Counted from the first letter of the stretch, positions 17,919 to 28,552 are shown. The stretch: DNA of 48,303 nt from Chryseobacterium gleum (GCA_945865695.1 CAMBFX010000003.1:1-48303); one strand, 5' to 3'. Notes: generated by a model not told the origin, from the sequence alone. Numbers and translations: made by a program.

Positions 17919-20401
17919 TCAATAATTACTTCTGATTTTTTATCAGTTTCAAATAAATTTTTTACTTTTTCTTTACTTAAATTTCTAACTATAATCTTAG
18001 ACGGACCAAATACATCTGATTTTTTTTCTGCTTTGAATCCTAAGTCTACTTTTCGTAAATCTATTTCATTCAACTTAATTTCAGATAAGTCATAGGCAAT
18101 GAATCCCGTTTTACCATTACTGATTTTAATATTGCTTCCTCGAATATCGGCTCCATTATTAGCCAGGACAGCATTTTTACAATGATTAAATGTCAAAACA
18201 TTGAAAAATCCGGTACTGCCATTGAGTTCAACTGCATTTTTTATGCAATTATAAAAATTCACATTGTTCAAATGAATGATTGAATATTCGCCAAGTAATG
18301 CAAATTCTTTGAAATTATAAAAAGTTGAATTTATCACATTCATGGTTCCGCGAGTACATCTTACAGCTGAGAATGTCTCAGATGAAAATTGACAATGATC
18401 AAATTTTACCTCTGCTTCGTAAATAGTCATGATAGATGAATGAGAATCTGATTTTTTTACCCCTCTATTCAAATTACTAAAATCTACAAACTGAAATAAA
18501 CTTTTTTCTTTTACCTCCAATACGATGAATCCATTACCAGTGCTATCACTAGACGCAATATGAATGGGATACTCTTCCGTTCCAATAAACCTCATTGAAG
18601 ATCTAGAAATAATTCTAGCTCCAGAAATAATATTTAATGAAATAGGAGCCTTTGCCATTATTTTATATCCCGCAGGAAAAATCAAATCCTTTGTTATTTC
18701 ATGCTCACCAGCACTAAAATAAATTTCTTTTTTCGTTTCGTTTACAGAAATAAAATCAAATTCCTTATAATTGGGTGATTTTGCTAAATAATCATTATAG
18801 TATTTACGAGTACTTTCCATTTCTATTGGTTTTACATCTCTTACTACTTCACTCTTAGATCCGGGAACCATTACTATTAATTGCAATTTTTCTGAATCAA
18901 AATTATCGGGTGTTGGAAAATGAAATTTGATGGATTCATACACCACTTGCTCGTTGTTTCTTTTCGAAGAAATATAAGTTACAGCATCTAATTTTGTTCT
19001 TTTATCCTGGTACAATACGGCAACAATTTCAACTGGTAATATACTATTGGATCCAGAAGTGATATAGAGTGAATCGTTCTTAGCATCCTCTAAATAAAAT
19101 GCAGGAATGATTGGCTTTTTCAATAAAGCAATAATATTTTTTTGATTTTGATAATAAGGATCAAGGGGCATTTTTTTATAGGGAAATTCACTATAGAGTA
19201 TTGCTAAATTATTTTGAAGTTCAGCTTCCTGTTTTTCAAAAAAGCTATTTAAATATTTTGACTGAGCCACTCTTTTAAGATGCTTCACATAAAGTTTAAA
19301 AAAGTCACCATCACTAAATAAAAGTTCGTGCCATTCGGGAGTAGTTGAATGTTTATTTTTAAATTTAGATGCGCCACATAAATTACTTGTATTTCTTACA
19401 CTGAAACTTTCATACCCCACAGGTTCTAATTTTTGAGTAATGGGATTATAATAATATTTTACATCCGACCAATCTAACGAAAACTGTCCACCCACCAAAT
19501 CGAGAATAGCATGAAATCTGGCCAATTTATCTATATCAAAAGCTTCTGATGTGCTTAATTCTCCAGCCTTAAATTTTTCCATTTTTACAATGGCTTCGGC
19601 ATAATTATTTTGCGCTTCTTTCGATTTAAAATTTTCCTTCTCATCATAAGCTTCGGGATAAGAAGAATTAATTTTAAGATCATCAAAGTTCAATTTATAT
19701 TTATCATGCTCGTTTAAGCGATCATACCAATACAAATCGGGATTCAAACCTAAAATGGGTCCCTTGGGTAATTTATGGTGACCAATTAATTCTTCTGCGA
19801 AATTTTCTTCTAGGGCATAAATTCCCCAAGATTCTCCATTCACTTTTAAATTAAGAAATGAATAACGCACGGTTGCGATTCCTTCTTGTTCTAAAAGCTG
19901 ATGATAAATCCATTCATAAATATAATTTCTCGTTCCTGGATGCATCAATGAAAATATTTTCATTCCTTTAAATGCATCACCCTTTACTGTTTTTATCCTA
20001 AACGACCATTTTCCGTCTTGCAAATGATCTGTCATATGTCCTTTGAGGCGCAACTTACATTTTATCTTTTTGCCTTGATAAGAAATGATGGCCGAAACAT
20101 ATCTTTCTTCTGTTTTAGTAATAATTCCACGATTGAGATGTTGTTCTCGTTGTGATTCGAGTTTAAGATAATCTTCTTCGTTAATGGTAATTTCTGCGGT
20201 TTCATACTCGGCATCAAATGAAGCCCAATAATTAACGGTAACGGTTTTTACAAAATCACCAGCACCCGTAAATCCATGTCTTTTTGCCCAGCGATCAAGA
20301 ATAAACCATGAAGTAGATAGAATGATAAAAGAAATAAACAAAAAAGAAAGTATTATTTTCCGTCTTCGCAATCTTTTTATCGCTTTATCTTCTTTTTGCA
20401 T
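17915..20401 (-). CDS. CotH-family kinase with C-terminal parallel beta-helix repeats, N-terminally membrane-anchored
   Basis: KLRLKG...DH...KWSFRIK, VNGESWGIYALEE, YYYNP.T.KLEP.GY, then GTEEYPI and beta-helix-like repeats. Confidence 0.8.
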   Translation of the reverse strand: MQKEDKAIKRLRRRKIILSFLFISFIILSTSWFILDRWAKRHGFTGAGDFVKTVTVNYWASFDAEYETAEITINEEDYLKLESQREQHLNRGIITKTEERYVSAIISYQGKKIKCKLRLKGHMTDHLQDGKWSFRIKTVKGDAFKGMKIFSLMHPGTRNYIYEWIYHQLLEQEGIATVRYSFLNLKVNGESWGIYALEENFAEELIGHHKLPKGPILGLNPDLYWYDRLNEHDKYKLNFDDLKINSSYPEAYDEKENFKSKEAQNNYAEAIVKMEKFKAGELSTSEAFDIDKLARFHAILDLVGGQFSLDWSDVKYYYNPITQKLEPVGYESFSVRNTSNLCGASKFKNKHSTTPEWHELLFSDGDFFKLYVKHLKRVAQSKYLNSFFEKQEAELQNNLAILYSEFPYKKMPLDPYYQNQKNIIALLKKPIIPAFYLEDAKNDSLYITSGSNSILPVEIVAVLYQDKRTKLDAVTYISSKRNNEQVVYESIKFHFPTPDNFDSEKLQLIVMVPGSKSEVVRDVKPIEMESTRKYYNDYLAKSPNYKEFDFISVNETKKEIYFSAGEHEITKDLIFPAGYKIMAKAPISLNIISGARIISRSSMRFIGTEEYPIHIASSDSTGNGFIVLEVKEKSLFQFVDFSNLNRGVKKSDSHSSIMTIYEAEVKFDHCQFSSETFSAVRCTRGTMNVINSTFYNFKEFALLGEYSIIHLNNVNFYNCIKNAVELNGSTGFFNVLTFNHCKNAVLANNGADIRGSNIKISNGKTGFIAYDLSEIKLNEIDLRKVDLGFKAEKKSDVFGPSKIIVRNLSKEKVKNLFETDKKSEVIIE

Positions 20402-20458
20402 GAAATTCTAGCCTTTGTTTATCAAAAAATTAGTATTCAGTTATAGGGAACAATGCAG

Positions 20459-20466
20459 CAAAATTA
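20459..20466 (-). promoter_or_regulatory. Putative -7 promoter element for the CotH-asnB-GT block
   Basis: TAATTTTG on the minus strand (TAnnTTTG) in the 20402-20496 intergenic gap. Confidence 0.4.
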
Positions 20467-20496
20467 AGGATATTAATCCAATAAAACTGTAAATAA

Positions 20497-21435
20497 TCAT
20501 TGGATAGTGGTTAATGATTTTTCTAGAATAGGCAATAACAATTCGGCCATTACTGATTGTCCTTTTTCACCCATGTGAATATCGTCAATAAAAGCATCAT
20601 CCATTTCATTTAAGGCATCAAGATCGCTTATTACCTTTACATTTTCTTCTTCGCACATACGTATAATTTTTTTTCCATCGGCATTGAAATCACCTTTTTG
20701 AATTTCCTTCTTTGAGGCGTGAAGGTAAACCAACAATGGAATTTTTTTCTTGGATGCATAACTGAAAAAATTTTTCCATCCTGGATTTATTTTTGAATCG
20801 CTAAAATCTTTGAGATAATCATATTCAGCAGATCCTCCAAATAAAGCTTTTGTCTTTGGCCAAATGAATCTGGTCCATAAATCTGTTAGTGCAAGCAAAG
20901 GCTTTTGATTAGGCCATGCAGAATGAACGCCCACTACTTTCCTAAAATGCATATTATCCCTTAAATCATGACTGGAAAACACTAACACAATAATATCTGC
21001 ATCAAAATCTCCCTGTTTTTGGAGATAAGCAAAAGCATTTGACAAGCCCCAACTCTGAGCAGAAATATTCAAAATCTGTACTTGGTTTTTAAATTTTTCA
21101 TTCAATTTATTTTCTTCAATGGTAGTTGCCAAATTATCTTGATCAACATGTGCTCCTCCATTAAGAACAGAATCTCCAAATTCGAGAATAATGAATTTTT
21201 TTTTCTTATTTACTTTATTACTTCGCATGCCGAATTCATTGGTCACAATATGATTTCCAAATCTCCAAACATCTTGGTTGGGTTCATAAAAGTATTCATA
21301 TTGTTCATCTTCTCTATAAATCGCCAAATCCCCTAATCCGATAACAAATCGAAGGATGATCTCTGAGACGAACAGAAATAAAAACAATATTGAAAATATT
21401 TTAGCCCACTTCGGTAACTGTTTCCACTTTTTCAT
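20497..21435 (-). CDS. SGNH/GDSL hydrolase-like membrane-anchored protein
   Basis: N-terminal TM with EIILR, TNEFGMR, FGDSV (catalytic Ser), DDIH (DxxH). Confidence 0.85.
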   Translation of the reverse strand: MKKWKQLPKWAKIFSILFLFLFVSEIILRFVIGLGDLAIYREDEQYEYFYEPNQDVWRFGNHIVTNEFGMRSNKVNKKKKFIILEFGDSVLNGGAHVDQDNLATTIEENKLNEKFKNQVQILNISAQSWGLSNAFAYLQKQGDFDADIIVLVFSSHDLRDNMHFRKVVGVHSAWPNQKPLLALTDLWTRFIWPKTKALFGGSAEYDYLKDFSDSKINPGWKNFFSYASKKKIPLLVYLHASKKEIQKGDFNADGKKIIRMCEEENVKVISDLDALNEMDDAFIDDIHMGEKGQSVMAELLLPILEKSLTTIQ

Positions 21436-22741
21436 TTTCGGTTGGTTCTTCAGTTTCTATATTGAAAAGATCTTCAGTTAATAAAGTTACAATAATGAGA
21501 AATAAAATGGTGTAAGGATTCAAAGAGGCCGCTAACCAAGGTTCAAAATTAACAGAAAACATGACGGCGAATAAGGCGGGGAATGCGTAGGTATTATACC
21601 GTGATCCTTTTATAAAAATCAAAATCAAACCACGAAGAAAAGCGAATAGTCCAAACAAACCGGTATTTAACCAAACTATAAGATAAGTATTATGAACACC
21701 ACCTTCATGACCCGATTTACTGAGCATTTCGTAATTCTTTCGCATGAGATTTTCATCATATCCCATTCCTTTACCAATAAAAAAACTATCCTGAATATTT
21801 TTCCAGGCAAATTCCCAAGCAATAAGCCTTCCTGACCCCTCTTCCAAAGTTTCTAATCTTAGGGATTGACTTAAACCTAATGAAATAATAATTTTAGGAA
21901 GATAAATAATAATGACCTCCATTGAAACGAGAATAAGGAAAAAAGCAAGAAATCCAAGGAAGGAAGAATATTTAAAAAGTTGATTGAACCCATAGAACAA
22001 AACAACAGCTAACAATGCGGTTCTGGAACCAGTTTTATATAAAACATAAAACATAATTAGAAAAAGAATAATCTTTTCAGTTCGACTAAACAATTCGGGA
22101 TACTTTGAATTGATAATCGTAAAAAGAATGAAAAACAAAATCATAAAAATCCCAAGTCCGTTTGGATTTCCAAACATACCTCGTAACCTGCCACCGTGTG
22201 AAAATGCTATTTCAGAATTATAAAATCTCATTAAAAAACCAATTATGACTATAGAAAAAAGAAAATACACTAAATTTCTAAGAAAATTAGTTCCATGTTC
22301 ATCATAAGATCTAATTACATAATTGGGTACAGCAATAAAAAGAAGGAAGTAAGAAAGTAATTTCTGAAAAGAAGTTGTAAAAATAGGTGAATACAATAAT
22401 CCAATCAGGGCAAAAATAAAAAACGGAACAAAGTATTGGTATAATTTTACAATCCTTTCCTGTTTCTGCATGGTTATTATTAAGAAAAAAAATAACATCA
22501 GAATATAGATATTCTTGAAGGACTTAGCGAATGACATTTGAATCTCGAGGCTATCGGATAGAATTAAAATAAAAATGAATCCAATGAAAATCTCCTGAAA
22601 ACGATTAGCACTGAAAAGTAGAAAAAGTGAGGCGGGAATGATAAGAAAAACTCCAGGGCCAGTAAAGGCTCCAGCAATTGACCAGATGATAAGAAGCCCC
22701 AACATCTGAAAATTATTTTTCAAAAAATCGGTTGCGATCAT
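21401..22741 (-). CDS. O-antigen ligase/Wzy polymerase family membrane protein
   Basis: Multiple TM helices, RLRGMFGNPNGLG, TGSRTA, SGR...W, G.GMG, HNTY...GLFG. Confidence 0.9.
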   Translation of the reverse strand: MIATDFLKNNFQMLGLLIIWSIAGAFTGPGVFLIIPASLFLLFSANRFQEIFIGFIFILILSDSLEIQMSFAKSFKNIYILMLFFFLIITMQKQERIVKLYQYFVPFFIFALIGLLYSPIFTTSFQKLLSYFLLFIAVPNYVIRSYDEHGTNFLRNLVYFLFSIVIIGFLMRFYNSEIAFSHGGRLRGMFGNPNGLGIFMILFFILFTIINSKYPELFSRTEKIILFLIMFYVLYKTGSRTALLAVVLFYGFNQLFKYSSFLGFLAFFLILVSMEVIIIYLPKIIISLGLSQSLRLETLEEGSGRLIAWEFAWKNIQDSFFIGKGMGYDENLMRKNYEMLSKSGHEGGVHNTYLIVWLNTGLFGLFAFLRGLILIFIKGSRYNTYAFPALFAVMFSVNFEPWLAASLNPYTILFLIIVTLLTEDLFNIETEEPTENEKVETVTEVG

Positions 22742-24291
22742 TTCAAATATTTTTTGATCAGTAAATTCATTTCATTTTCTCTATTCGTAGCAAATGCTTT
22801 TAGAATATCCACTTCTCTATTCCATTCTTCAATAGTAGCCGGCTTTCGCCATCTCTCCGTATGCCTTTGTATAGCTGGGGAAATTTGATTTTCTAAGCTG
22901 CTAATTTTATTCTTTAAATTTGCCCTAGACAAATCTTCGGAAATCATTTTACTGAACTTTTCACGAAGCAATTTGTGAAAATCAGAAGACTCCATTAATT
23001 TACGAAACAATTTACTAAACTCATCCTTTCCATCAAAAAGTCTGGCAAACATATCTTCTGAAACAGCATTTTCTCCGGTATAAGCAAAACCAAAATCCAA
23101 ATCAAAAAAAGCAAAACGCCACTTTGTAGCTGAATTTTTACTATTTGAAATCTTATACATTTTTAAATTATTTGCAGGCCAATCCGAGTTAGCGAAAAAC
23201 AATTGCCCAACCAAATAAGTAGTTAAGTCATCCATGTCAAAAACCGCTAACAATTCAGCATAATTTAATTTAGTAAGATTATCTTTTACTCTTATCAGAT
23301 TCAGAAATTCAGATTCATCACCCGCTTCTAGTGTCCAATTCTCCACAAGGGTCACTTCTTTTTCCTTACATCCAAAACTTTCTGCGATAAAATTCTCATC
23401 AACTCTGTTCTGCAAAAAATGGATTCCCCAATATTCTCCATTGATAAAAACTTCGGAAGGAACGAATCCAGATGTTAGGATTCCTGTTTTCTTAACCAAT
23501 TCTTGCATCAGCATATCCCTAAAAAGCGACTTCGTATTATCATTTCCGCCATTGCGCAAAACCAAAGATTTCAATCCATCACCATTACCGAAGAAATCAT
23601 ATTTGAAGTTTTTATTACCTAAACTTTTCGATGCCGAAAGCCGAATGGATTTTTGAGGAAAAGACCTGGTGGCCTTGCCGCTTATTTCTGCGTAAGCATA
23701 AGAAGAATAAAGAGCTTGTCCTTTGGTGTTGTAATAACTAAAAAATACGTTGCGTTTATCATTCTCTTTACGATAATAATTTGCTGGTTGGGTCCAAGGG
23801 GTGGGATAGCTAACTATTGAAGAAACGAAATCGGCATCAAAGCCCCTTACATAAATTCCGTTACTATATGAAAAAAAATCCTCCGGATGAACAAGGATTG
23901 AAATAATAGGTAGATTTAATTTATAGGGTATAAATAAATTAGAAATCCAACCTTTTGGTGTTGATTTCAAATATTGCAAGGCGCTGATTTCAGAAATAGG
24001 AAATCGCCAATAAGTAGAAGTAATGATTTGACTAATGTTCCCTTGGTAAAAATCTGAATGATTGAAACCACTTCCGATATTGTAACAATATCCGCTCGAG
24101 AAAATAAAATCTTTTTCGTTCAAGCGGCTAGGAACTGAACTAAGCATATTTTCCGATCGAACGATTTTAATATCTTTAATTGGATTGACAGAGTCTGTAA
24201 GATGAAACAAATTACCTGTGTAAAATGAGCATAAACTGGAAATGGTAATAATTACCGAAACAAAAAATAATTCCTTTTTAGAAGAGAGCAT
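22738..24291 (-). CDS. CotH-family kinase
   Basis: G..TR.FPQKS.RL, LVLRNGGND, VFINGEYWG, DWPANN, KWRF..FDLD.GF. Confidence 0.9.
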   Translation of the reverse strand: MLSSKKELFFVSVIITISSLCSFYTGNLFHLTDSVNPIKDIKIVRSENMLSSVPSRLNEKDFIFSSGYCYNIGSGFNHSDFYQGNISQIITSTYWRFPISEISALQYLKSTPKGWISNLFIPYKLNLPIISILVHPEDFFSYSNGIYVRGFDADFVSSIVSYPTPWTQPANYYRKENDKRNVFFSYYNTKGQALYSSYAYAEISGKATRSFPQKSIRLSASKSLGNKNFKYDFFGNGDGLKSLVLRNGGNDNTKSLFRDMLMQELVKKTGILTSGFVPSEVFINGEYWGIHFLQNRVDENFIAESFGCKEKEVTLVENWTLEAGDESEFLNLIRVKDNLTKLNYAELLAVFDMDDLTTYLVGQLFFANSDWPANNLKMYKISNSKNSATKWRFAFFDLDFGFAYTGENAVSEDMFARLFDGKDEFSKLFRKLMESSDFHKLLREKFSKMISEDLSRANLKNKISSLENQISPAIQRHTERWRKPATIEEWNREVDILKAFATNRENEMNLLIKKYLK

Positions 24292-24295
24292 CTTG

Positions 24296-24709
24296 CTATT
24301 TCGACTTATAAAAATACATGCAGGGCAATACCAGAAATAATGTCACCATTGTTGTTAAGAACAGATTTGCAGCTCCACAACCGAATGCAACGAAAATACA
24401 TGTGAGATAAAAAACTTTGGATCGTAATGAAAATCCATCATTTCCGATGACTGGAATCAAGGCCAACAATCCGAACAACACCAGTATCCAAGGAGTTTTT
24501 AGGCTGAAGATGGCAATTGTTGTGAATATAACTTGCATAGGAACCAGATAATTCAGAAAGTGGAATTCATTCGATTCAACATTTCCTTTCTTCCAAAAAT
24601 TACGGATTAGAATTGCCAGTAGTGCTGAAATGGAAAGTTGCAAAAATAAAATAGGCAGGTCCGTTATTGAAAAACCCATCGTTAGCTGTGCTAATAGTTG
24701 TTTGAGCAT
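24296..24709 (-). CDS. Small integral membrane protein, DUF4956/MgtC-like
   Basis: About 4-5 TM helices with FGLLAL and FY...I..AFGCGA pattern recalled from DUF4956 proteins, which often neighbour CotH genes. Confidence 0.55.
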   Translation of the reverse strand: MLKQLLAQLTMGFSITDLPILFLQLSISALLAILIRNFWKKGNVESNEFHFLNYLVPMQVIFTTIAIFSLKTPWILVLFGLLALIPVIGNDGFSLRSKVFYLTCIFVAFGCGAANLFLTTMVTLFLVLPCMYFYKSK

Positions 24710-24800
24710 GATGATTTATTAATACTACGAAAGTACTAAATTTACATAAAATCTCCTGTTTTTATCTTGTTATTAGTATATTTACAATTAAAATTAGTAA
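24710..24800. promoter_or_regulatory. Divergent promoter region
   Basis: 91-bp gap between divergent operons; TACTTTCG (minus, 24728-24735) and TATATTTA (plus, ~24777) resemble TAnnTTTG. Confidence 0.45.
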
Positions 24801-25925
24801 ATGTTACCGCTTCATCTACCATTCATTTCAGGTAAGGAAAAAGAATATGTTGCGGAGGTAATTGATAGCGGTAAACTCTCCGGCAATGGGAAATTTACTA
24901 TGTTATGCCATTCCTATTTTGAAACGAAGCTCGGTTTTAAAAAAGTACTTCTCACCAATTCCTGTACAGATGCGCTTGAAATGTGCGCACTCATTTTGGA
25001 ACTTGAACACGGGGATGAAATCATTTTACCCTCTTATACTTTCGTAACAACAGCAAATGCCTTTTATAACTATGGAGTAATTCCTGTTTTCTGTGATTCG
25101 ATGAAAGATGATCCAAATATTGACCCCCTTCAAATGGAAAGAAAAATTACCTCAAGAACTAAAGCTATTGTGGTAATGCATTATGCCGGTATTTCATGTG
25201 AAATGGAACAAATTTTGGCTATTGCGAAAAAACACTCGCTTTATGTGATTGAGGATTCCGCATTAGGATTGGGAAGCACTTACAACAAAAAACCACTTGG
25301 TAGCCTAGGTGATTTAGCTACTTTTTCTTTTCATGAAACCAAAAACATCAGCTGTGGTGAAGGAGGTTTATTAGTAATTAATAATGAAAAACTTATCCAA
25401 AAAGCAGAAATAATCTGGGAAAAAGGAACGAATAGAGCGGCCTATCTTAGAGGTGAATTCAATAAATATGAATGGATATCCAAAGGATCTTCTTTTCTTA
25501 CTTCCGAAATCCATGCCGCCTTTTTATTTGGTCAACTTCAAAATTTCGATTACATACAGCTGAAAAGGAATGAAATTTGGAATACTTATCAAAAAGCTTT
25601 TGAAGGATTTAAAAAAATTACCCTTTCCAATCCAGGTTCAAATAAAGAAGTGAACGGTAGTGTTTTTCACTTTATTTTCGATGAGCCCGCCAATAAAGAA
25701 ACATTTATCCAATTTATGAATTCTCATCATATTACTGTTTCGAGCCATTATAGGTGTTTGCACTCAAGTAATTTTGGGAAAAGTAAATTTAAATGCGCAA
25801 AATTGATAAATTGCGAAAAAATTGAATCGACCTTAATCAGATTTCCAATTTATGTTAGCCTACAATTTGAACAACAACAATTAATCATCAAAAAAACACT
25901 TGATTTTTTTAAAGCAATTGAATAA
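24801..25925 (+). CDS. wecE: dTDP-4-amino-4,6-dideoxygalactose transaminase (DegT/DnrJ family)
   Basis: SGNGKFT, SCTDALEM, PSYTFVTTANAF, HYAG, FSFHETKNISCGEGG (PLP Lys), EKGTNR, GSSFL.SE. Confidence 0.9.
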   Translation: MLPLHLPFISGKEKEYVAEVIDSGKLSGNGKFTMLCHSYFETKLGFKKVLLTNSCTDALEMCALILELEHGDEIILPSYTFVTTANAFYNYGVIPVFCDSMKDDPNIDPLQMERKITSRTKAIVVMHYAGISCEMEQILAIAKKHSLYVIEDSALGLGSTYNKKPLGSLGDLATFSFHETKNISCGEGGLLVINNEKLIQKAEIIWEKGTNRAAYLRGEFNKYEWISKGSSFLTSEIHAAFLFGQLQNFDYIQLKRNEIWNTYQKAFEGFKKITLSNPGSNKEVNGSVFHFIFDEPANKETFIQFMNSHHITVSSHYRCLHSSNFGKSKFKCAKLINCEKIESTLIRFPIYVSLQFEQQQLIIKKTLDFFKAIE

Positions 25926-25926
25926 T

Positions 25927-26835
25927 ATGAAAATTTTAGTAACTGGAGGAGCAGGTTTTATTGGGAGCCACTTAGTAAAAGCATTGGCTGATGCAGGACA
26001 TAAAGTAGTTGTAGCCGATATACTACTAAGGGGCAATAAAATTGATCAAGAAACTTTTTCGAAAATTGATTTTCACAAATCTGATGTCAAAGATATCAAG
26101 GCAATGATAGAATTATCAAAAGGATGTGGATTGATTTTTCATTTTGCTGCAGTTCTAGGTGTAGATGTAGTAGCTGATAATCCCGTTGAAACAATGGATA
26201 CGGAAGTGATTGGGATGAGAAATATTACCGAGGCAGCATTGATTAATGGAATTGATAAAATTATTTATGCCTCCACTAGTGGAATTTATGGCCATTCTGC
26301 CTTAAATCAAACAGTAACTGAAACTATTTCTGTAGATCCAAGAACTAGTTATGCTATTGCAAAACGATATAACGAAATTTATCTTGGAGCATTGAATGAT
26401 GAAAAAGGTTTGAATTCTATTTCACTTCGTTTTTTTAATGTTTACGGACCCGGGCAAGATAATCGAATGGTTGTTCCTCGATTCATTGAGCAAGCAAAAG
26501 TCAATGAAGCTATTACCGTGTTCGGAGAAGGAAAACAAACCCGTGATTTCACTTACATTGATGATGCAATCAAATCTTGTATGCTTCTGATGGAGCATGT
26601 TCAGGGAGCCGAAATTTATAACATCGCTCATGAAAGGGAAATAAATATTCTTGAATTAGCAGAGGCAATTAAAAAAACATTTGAAAGTAAATCAGAAATT
26701 AAATTTGTTGAAGCCCCTAAGAAAAGATATGATTATGAGGTTGGGAGAAGATGGGGAAATTCTGAAAAACTTTTTAAAAGGATTAATTATAAACCTAGCA
26801 CTTCATTAGAAATAGGTTTAAGAAAAATTTCGTAA
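25927..26835 (+). CDS. NAD-dependent epimerase/dehydratase
   Basis: TGGAGFIG, YAIAK (YxxxK), RFFNVYGP, QTRDFTYI; ATG 25927. Confidence 0.93.
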   Translation: MKILVTGGAGFIGSHLVKALADAGHKVVVADILLRGNKIDQETFSKIDFHKSDVKDIKAMIELSKGCGLIFHFAAVLGVDVVADNPVETMDTEVIGMRNITEAALINGIDKIIYASTSGIYGHSALNQTVTETISVDPRTSYAIAKRYNEIYLGALNDEKGLNSISLRFFNVYGPGQDNRMVVPRFIEQAKVNEAITVFGEGKQTRDFTYIDDAIKSCMLLMEHVQGAEIYNIAHEREINILELAEAIKKTFESKSEIKFVEAPKKRYDYEVGRRWGNSEKLFKRINYKPSTSLEIGLRKIS

Positions 26836-26892
26836 TTCAAATCCAAAAATCAATTTTCACAATTTGGTTGAATTTAATATCATCAAATATTA

Positions 26893-26923
26893 TTTGAGTT
26901 TTGACGATTTTAAATTAAATTTG
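26893..26923 (+). promoter_or_regulatory. Bacteroidota primary-sigma promoter (-33/-7)
   Basis: TTTG (26893-26896) - 19 nt - TAAATTTG (26916-26923), an exact match to TTTG-N19-21-TAnnTTTG. Confidence 0.75.
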
Positions 26924-26926
26924 AAC

Positions 26927-28552
26927 GTGATTTTAAGCCCGATAATTAAATTAGCCTATAAGTGCTTTCCTTTCCTGTTCCTTACAATAGGACTAAATGC
27001 GCAATTGCATATCAAAAGTGGCACGAGTTTACATATTTCAACCAATACCGTATTAAATATTGATATTCCATCTCAAAATTTTATCATTGATTCTGGAGCA
27101 TTCGTCATAAACGATGGAAAAATAATTTTAGGTGATTCAACCGATATCGATGAATTTTTAAATTATCCGATCATTGGACTTGGCACCGAAATGACGAGCC
27201 GCAACCTTAATCAATTATTGGGAGGAATAAATATTGGGGGGTTAGGTGTTGTATTTAATGATGATTACATTACTGGCATAACCACTTTGACTAGAGGACA
27301 TAATTATTTTACAATAACCGGTATTCAAGAATCGATTAAACGATGGTTTCATATTTCAACCACAGGAACTTTTCCAACAGGTTATTCTTTAACTTTAAAT
27401 TATGATTCTACTGAATTAAATGGAAATTATGCTCAACAGAACCGAGTCATAAGCACCAACGATACCACCCAAACTTGGACCTCTTTAGGTGGACTTGCCA
27501 ATGATACATTATTCAATGCAACGGCAACAATGGGTTCAGACCATTTTTATTCTATTCTATCTACTGGTATCAGAATTACATCCATTAATGATTCCATTTT
27601 TTGTGTTGGCGATTCATTACAAGTTGATTTTGCAGTAAACGGATTATTCAATTTCAATAATAATTTCGTCCTCCAAGTTTCCAATGAAAATGGCTCTTTT
27701 GCCGCACCCGTTTTACAGGATACAATTGCTACCGATACAATAAACTTCAACGTATCATTACCCTTACTTTTAACTGAGGGTGCAGGATATAAAATCAGAA
27801 TCATATCCACCAATCCTTTTATTTCTTCGGAATATTTAGACATCACCATTTACGAATTGCCTGTTATCAATGTGACGAACCTAAATAATCAATATTGCTC
27901 TAACGAATCTCCATCTGATATTGGAATAGTTCCATATGGTGGAGTTTATGATGTGAATTTTTTATTGAACGATTCTATTTATCCTACCATCGCTTCAATT
28001 GGTATGAACACATTCACCTATACTTTTACTTCCATTAACGGCTGTACTTCTATGTATGCCGATTCCACAGAAATTATTCCGGCCCCTGCAATACCTCTAA
28101 TCTATCTTTCCAACGACACTTTATTTTCGTCCTCTTTAAGCAACAACCAATGGTATCTTGATGGAAATATGATAACAGGCTCCAACGATTATTATATAAT
28201 TCCTGATTTTAACGGAATTTATGAAGTAGAAGTAACCAACTCCGGATGTTCAAGCATTTCAGATACCTTTTCATTCAACACACTTGAAATCGGAAAACAA
28301 TTAAACAATCAAATAATTGAAATTTATCCTAATCCTGCCTTTGATAATTTCATAACAATAAATACAGAAGAAAATAAAACCGAAATTAAAATAGAAATTT
28401 TCGATTCTCAGGGTAAATTTGTTTTTTCTACTAATGAAATTTCAAAGTCGGAAAACAAGATTGATATTACATCCTTGAGCTCAGGTATTTTTTTCATTCA
28501 TATTTTCACAGGGTCTGAATTTTTTATTAAGAAATTAGTAATTGTAAAATGA
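26927..28552 (+). CDS. T9SS type A sorting domain-containing secreted protein (Ig-like modules)
   Basis: C-terminal IYPNPA...IFDSQGK...IDITSLSSGIFFI...KKLVIVK; signal ...LTIGLNA|Q. GTG 26927 is the likely start (track starts at TTG 26864). Confidence 0.9.
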   Translation: MILSPIIKLAYKCFPFLFLTIGLNAQLHIKSGTSLHISTNTVLNIDIPSQNFIIDSGAFVINDGKIILGDSTDIDEFLNYPIIGLGTEMTSRNLNQLLGGINIGGLGVVFNDDYITGITTLTRGHNYFTITGIQESIKRWFHISTTGTFPTGYSLTLNYDSTELNGNYAQQNRVISTNDTTQTWTSLGGLANDTLFNATATMGSDHFYSILSTGIRITSINDSIFCVGDSLQVDFAVNGLFNFNNNFVLQVSNENGSFAAPVLQDTIATDTINFNVSLPLLLTEGAGYKIRIISTNPFISSEYLDITIYELPVINVTNLNNQYCSNESPSDIGIVPYGGVYDVNFLLNDSIYPTIASIGMNTFTYTFTSINGCTSMYADSTEIIPAPAIPLIYLSNDTLFSSSLSNNQWYLDGNMITGSNDYYIIPDFNGIYEVEVTNSGCSSISDTFSFNTLEIGKQLNNQIIEIYPNPAFDNFITINTEENKTEIKIEIFDSQGKFVFSTNEISKSENKIDITSLSSGIFFIHIFTGSEFFIKKLVIVK

